Of a stretch of 64,000 nt of DNA, positions 60,348 to 64,000 are shown one piece after another. The notes under the pieces are model-generated. The model did not search any database. It was given only the letters and a program-made list of their open reading frames with translations, and had not been told where the DNA came from. The stretch covers positions 8,433 through 72,432 of the forward strand of contig SUUT01000004.1 in assembly GCA_015062385.1 (NCBI GenBank), written 5' to 3'. Source of the DNA: Alphaproteobacteria bacterium (GTDB lineage Bacteria > Pseudomonadota > Alphaproteobacteria > CAAHEQ01 > UBA3637). The position numbers and the translations under genes were made by a program. Within the stretch, counting starts at the first letter, position 1. Each line of letters begins with the position of its first letter.

Positions 60348-62210
60348 ATGACCGAAAAAAAAGAAGAAAAAGTTGAGTTTAAAGCAGAAGTCAGTAAAGT
60401 TTTGGATATTGTTATTCATTCGCTTTATTCAAATGCCGAAATATTTTTAAGAGAATTGGTATCTAATGCATCGGATGCGTGTGATAAGTTAAGATATGCA
60501 TTACTTATTCATCCGGAATTGGCTCCGGAAACGGAACCGGCCAAAATTACAATAGAACCAAATGCAAAAAATGATACATTAACAATTACCGATACCGGTA
60601 TTGGGATGACAAAAGAAGATTTGATTAATCATTTGGGAACAATTGCTCGGTCAGGGTCGGCTGAATTTGTTAATGCGTTAACCGGTGATAAACAAAAAGA
60701 TATGGCACTTATCGGACAATTTGGGGTCGGCTTTTATGCGGCATTTATGGTTGCTGATAAAGTAACTGTTTACACACGTAAAGTTGGTGCCGATTCAGGG
60801 TATGTTTGGGAATCGGCAGGGGCAGATTCTTTTACAATCAGTGCGGATGAAACATTACCGATTGGAACAAGTGTGGTGTTGCATTTAAAACCGGAAGCAA
60901 AGGAATATTTGGAACCGGTCCGGTTACGATATTTAATTCGTCAATATTCTGATCATATTGAATGGCCGATTATTTTAAAAAACGAAGATAAAACCGAAAC
61001 GATTAATTCATCCAGTGCCTTATGGGCTAAACCTAAAACTGATATATCACCGAAACAATATAAAGATTTTTATCAAACTGTTTCGCATGCTTTTGATGAG
61101 CCGTGGATGACGTTACATTATAAAGCAGAAGGAATTATAAATTATACGGCACTTATGTTTATCCCTACGAAACAGCCATTTAATTTATTTCAGCCGGATA
61201 GAAAATCAGGGATTCAGTTATATGTTAATCGTGTGTTTATATCTGATGATATTAAAGGAATTATGCCCAATTATTTGCGTTTTGTGACAGGAGTTATTGA
61301 TACAAACGATTTGCCGTTAAACGTTAGTCGGGAAATGCTTCAAAAAACACCGGTAATTGCTAAAATTAAAAAGGGTATTGTTAAAAGAATTTTATCTGAA
61401 CTGAAAAAACGATCAGAAGATAAAGCGGATTATTTGAAATTTTGGGAAAGTTTTGGTATCGTCTTTAAAGAAGGATTGTATGAGCCGGTTGATGAACGGG
61501 AAGAAGTTGCCGAGTTGTGCCGTTTTCATTCAACATTGAATGATGATTTTATCGGTTTTGCCGATTATGTCAATGCAATGCGACCGGAACAGGAACATAT
61601 TTACTATTTGTCCGGAAAAGATGTAAATACCTTAAAAAATAATCCACAGTTAGAAGGTTTTATTGCTCGTAAAATTCCGGTGTTGTTATTAACGGATCCG
61701 ATTGATGAATTTTGGGTGCAAACATATCAAGATTATAAAGGAAAAAAGTTTGTTTCAGTTATGCATGCGAAACAGGATTTGGAAAAAATTGCATTAGATA
61801 CACAACAAGAAGGGGATGTATTATCTGAAAAACAATCTAAAGCCATAACGGAACAAATTAAAAAAGTTTTAGGCGATAAAGTTAATGATGTGCAGTTAAC
61901 GGAACGATTAACAAAAAGTCCGATTGCATTAATTACACCGGAAGGGCAAATGAGTTTACATTTAGAGCAACTGATGAAGGCTCATGGACAACAGATAGCA
62001 ATGAAAAGTGAACGTGTTGTTGAGATAAATCCCCGTCATCCGCTTATTTTGAAATTGGCAGATTTGATTGAACGAAAGGAATCGATAGATAAGGTAAATG
62101 ATGCGATTTGGGTCTTGTATGATCAAACTTTGATTGCCGAGGGGGAACCGATTTCGGATCCGGCCTTGTTTACAAAACGATTGAGTCGTTTTATCTTATC
62201 CGGTTTATAA
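60348..62210 (+). CDS. htpG: Molecular chaperone HtpG (Hsp90)
   Basis: 620 aa with ...FLRELVSNASDACDKLRY..., GQFGVGFYAAFMVADKV and a typical middle and C-terminal region. Confidence 0.95.
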   Translation: MTEKKEEKVEFKAEVSKVLDIVIHSLYSNAEIFLRELVSNASDACDKLRYALLIHPELAPETEPAKITIEPNAKNDTLTITDTGIGMTKEDLINHLGTIARSGSAEFVNALTGDKQKDMALIGQFGVGFYAAFMVADKVTVYTRKVGADSGYVWESAGADSFTISADETLPIGTSVVLHLKPEAKEYLEPVRLRYLIRQYSDHIEWPIILKNEDKTETINSSSALWAKPKTDISPKQYKDFYQTVSHAFDEPWMTLHYKAEGIINYTALMFIPTKQPFNLFQPDRKSGIQLYVNRVFISDDIKGIMPNYLRFVTGVIDTNDLPLNVSREMLQKTPVIAKIKKGIVKRILSELKKRSEDKADYLKFWESFGIVFKEGLYEPVDEREEVAELCRFHSTLNDDFIGFADYVNAMRPEQEHIYYLSGKDVNTLKNNPQLEGFIARKIPVLLLTDPIDEFWVQTYQDYKGKKFVSVMHAKQDLEKIALDTQQEGDVLSEKQSKAITEQIKKVLGDKVNDVQLTERLTKSPIALITPEGQMSLHLEQLMKAHGQQIAMKSERVVEINPRHPLILKLADLIERKESIDKVNDAIWVLYDQTLIAEGEPISDPALFTKRLSRFILSGL

Positions 62211-62270
62211 AAAATAGTGTCCGATATATTGTTTTTTTAAAAATACAGACTGTTATTTGGAGTCATTTAA

Positions 62271-62320
62271 ACGGCAAATTTTTACGGCAGGAAACTGTTT
62301 GAAAATTTGCCGTGTTTTTT
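62271..62320 (+). terminator. Rho-independent terminator of htpG
   Basis: ACGGCAAATTT ... AAATTTGCCGT stem followed by GTTTTTT. Confidence 0.6.
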
Positions 62321-62545
62321 GCGAATCTTCAATTTTTTGAATTATTTTTGTTTTTCAATGGGTTGTTTCTTCTTTTTGAGGCTGTTTTTCTTTTAATGTG
62401 ACAGGGTGTTTTTTTTGTCAACTCTGTCCATATTTTAAGGGATAATTTCTTAGTAAAAAAATAATTGTTTTTGAATGACTTTTCAAAAAGGTTTTTTGAT
62501 GAATAAGAAATACATTGACAAGATGTGTTGAAAGGTGTTTGCTAA

Positions 62546-62581
62546 ATCATACATATAGATTCGCATTACTATATATTGTGT
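62546..62581. promoter_or_regulatory. NrdR-box-like operators upstream of nrdD
   Basis: TTACTATATATTGTGT (62566-62581, ~14/16 to the consensus) and the weaker ATCATACATATAGATT (62546-62561). The proximal box shares CTATATATTGTG with the proximal box at 39190-39205 read on the minus strand. Confidence 0.45.
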
Positions 62582-62609
62582 TTAACAGATATAAAAGGAG
62601 TATAAAAAA

Positions 62610-64000
62610 ATGTTAAATGTCGTGCAAGGGGAAGATAAAAGCAATATTGATTTGGGACCGTTGACGGAAGTTATTAAACGTGATGGCGAAAAACATGCTT
62701 TTGATGCTTCTAAAATTGCGATGGCAATTACACGTGCCGGTGAAGCAACCAATGAATTCAGTTCAGATGAAGCATGGCTTTTAACACGACAGGTTATTAA
62801 GGTTTTAAAACATAAATTTGCTTTTGGTACTATTCCGGCTATTGAGCAAATTCAAGATGTTGTTGAACAGGTTTTAATTTCTTCCAATTACTATAAAACG
62901 GCTCGTTCGTATATTGTTTATCGGGAGCAACGAGATAAAATGCGTAAAGATAAACATGCTGCCATTGATGCCATTTCTTCCATTAATGAATATTTGGATC
63001 GTTCGGATTGGCGGGTTAATGCCAATGCCAATCAAGGATATTCTTTGGGTGGTTTGATTTTGAATGTTTCCGGAAAAGTTGTTGCCAATTATTGGTTAAA
63101 CCATGTTTATACGCCTGAAATCGGAGAAGCACATCGGAACGGTGATTACCATATTCATGATTTGGATATGTTGTCCGGATATTGTGCCGGTTGGTCTTTG
63201 CGTGTTTTGTTGACGGAAGGATTTAACGGTGTTCCGAATAAAGTGGAGTCCAAACCGCCACGGCATTTGGTTTCTGCATTTAGTCAGATGATTAATTTCT
63301 TGGGTACATTGCAAAATGAATGGGCCGGGGCTCAGGCCTTTTCTTCTGCCGATACTTATTTGGCTCCGTTTGTTCGTATTGAAAAATTAACATACGAAGA
63401 AGTTAAACAGGCAATGCAGTCCTTTGTTTTTAACTTAAATGTACCGTCTCGTTGGGGAACACAAACACCGTTTACCAATTTAACATTTGATTGGACGTGT
63501 CCGGAAGATTTAAAAGACAGACATCCGATTATCGGTGGTGTAGAACAAGATTTTACGTATGGTGAATTGCAATCAGAAATGGATATGATTAACAGAGCAT
63601 TTTTGGAAGTAATGGGTGAAGGAGATGCAAAAGGTCGTCCGTTTACATTTCCGATTCCAACCTATAATATCACAAATGAATTTCCATGGGATTCACCAAA
63701 TATAGAATATTTGTTTGAAATGACAGCGAAATATGGGTTGCCCTATTTTTCAAATTATTTGAATTCAGATATGAAACCCAGTGATGTCCGATCCATGTGT
63801 TGTCGTTTGCGTTTGGATTTGACTGAATTGAAAAAACGGGGCGGGGGCTTGTTTGGTTCTGCCGAACAAACTGGTTCTATCGGTGTTGTGACGATTAACT
63901 GTGCTCGTTTGGGATATTTGTATAAAGGAAATAAAAAAGAATTATACAAAAGATTAGATGAATTGTTGGAATTAGCCAAAACATCATTGGAAATTAAACG
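62610..64000 (+). CDS. nrdD: Anaerobic ribonucleoside-triphosphate reductase NrdD (5' ~463 codons; continues past window end)
   Basis: The ATG at 62610 follows an AAAAGGAG RBS. An N-terminal ATP-cone (VIKRDGEKHAFDASKI...YIVYREQRD) is followed by YHIHDLDMLSGYCAGWSL..., typical of class III RNR. The frame stays open to the window edge, so it is absent from the ORF track. Confidence 0.88.
   Translation, partial: MLNVVQGEDKSNIDLGPLTEVIKRDGEKHAFDASKIAMAITRAGEATNEFSSDEAWLLTRQVIKVLKHKFAFGTIPAIEQIQDVVEQVLISSNYYKTARSYIVYREQRDKMRKDKHAAIDAISSINEYLDRSDWRVNANANQGYSLGGLILNVSGKVVANYWLNHVYTPEIGEAHRNGDYHIHDLDMLSGYCAGWSLRVLLTEGFNGVPNKVESKPPRHLVSAFSQMINFLGTLQNEWAGAQAFSSADTYLAPFVRIEKLTYEEVKQAMQSFVFNLNVPSRWGTQTPFTNLTFDWTCPEDLKDRHPIIGGVEQDFTYGELQSEMDMINRAFLEVMGEGDAKGRPFTFPIPTYNITNEFPWDSPNIEYLFEMTAKYGLPYFSNYLNSDMKPSDVRSMCCRLRLDLTELKKRGGGLFGSAEQTGSIGVVTINCARLGYLYKGNKKELYKRLDELLELAKTSLEIK

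Overview
AT-rich 64-kb chromosomal window from a Gram-negative bacterium. It is most likely a low-GC alphaproteobacterium, judged from the EF-Tu sequence with tRNA-Tyr/tRNA-Gly upstream, a MipZ-like ATPase, MlaEF and CvpA-RadA. The left ~38 kb is accessory DNA made of two adjacent tRNA-anchored genomic islands. Island 1 (~717-25526) follows tRNA-Met and is bracketed by ~334-bp diverged direct repeats. It carries four things. (a) An SNF2 helicase plus Hsp70/actin-like ATPase pair. (b) A tightly coupled nine-gene operon: GHKL ATPase, Z1 NTPase, DUF4420-like PD-(D/E)XK, AIPR, Vsr, C5-methyltransferase, HNH nuclease, LMW phosphatase, SPFH-like protein. (c) A nested module of DUF2924, large serine recombinase and replication-organiser-like gene, with an iteron cluster. 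(d) Fic, AbiEi-like and AlbA_2/HATPase_c_4 genes separated by repeated intergenic modules. Island 2 (~26645-38050) sits in the 3' end of tRNA-Glu with a ~30-bp att duplication. It carries a C5-methyltransferase with a long N-terminal extension, small ICE/plasmid-type genes (DUF3768), a zinc-ribbon/HEPN-like protein, a Rep-like protein, a fragmented large serine recombinase and a GHKL-ATPase/PD-(D/E)XK fusion. A 25-bp palindromic motif occurs three times at its operon boundaries. Island genes carry at least eight inactivating lesions: three single in-frame TAA codons and five frameshifts. None is visible in the core genes. The right ~26 kb is core genome: a small NrdD-like glycyl-radical protein, an OMP, tuf, ileS, rlmH, cdd, cvpA, radA, mlaFE, pgm, a mipZ-like gene, htpG and the nrdD 5' part. 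It also holds a complete type II-C CRISPR-Cas9 locus (cas9-cas1-cas2). That locus has an array of 7 perfect and 1 degenerate 36-bp repeats, each ending in an extended -10 box, and a divergent tracrRNA with anti-repeat and terminator. All calls come from by-eye reading of the sequence and the ORF track; no searches were run.
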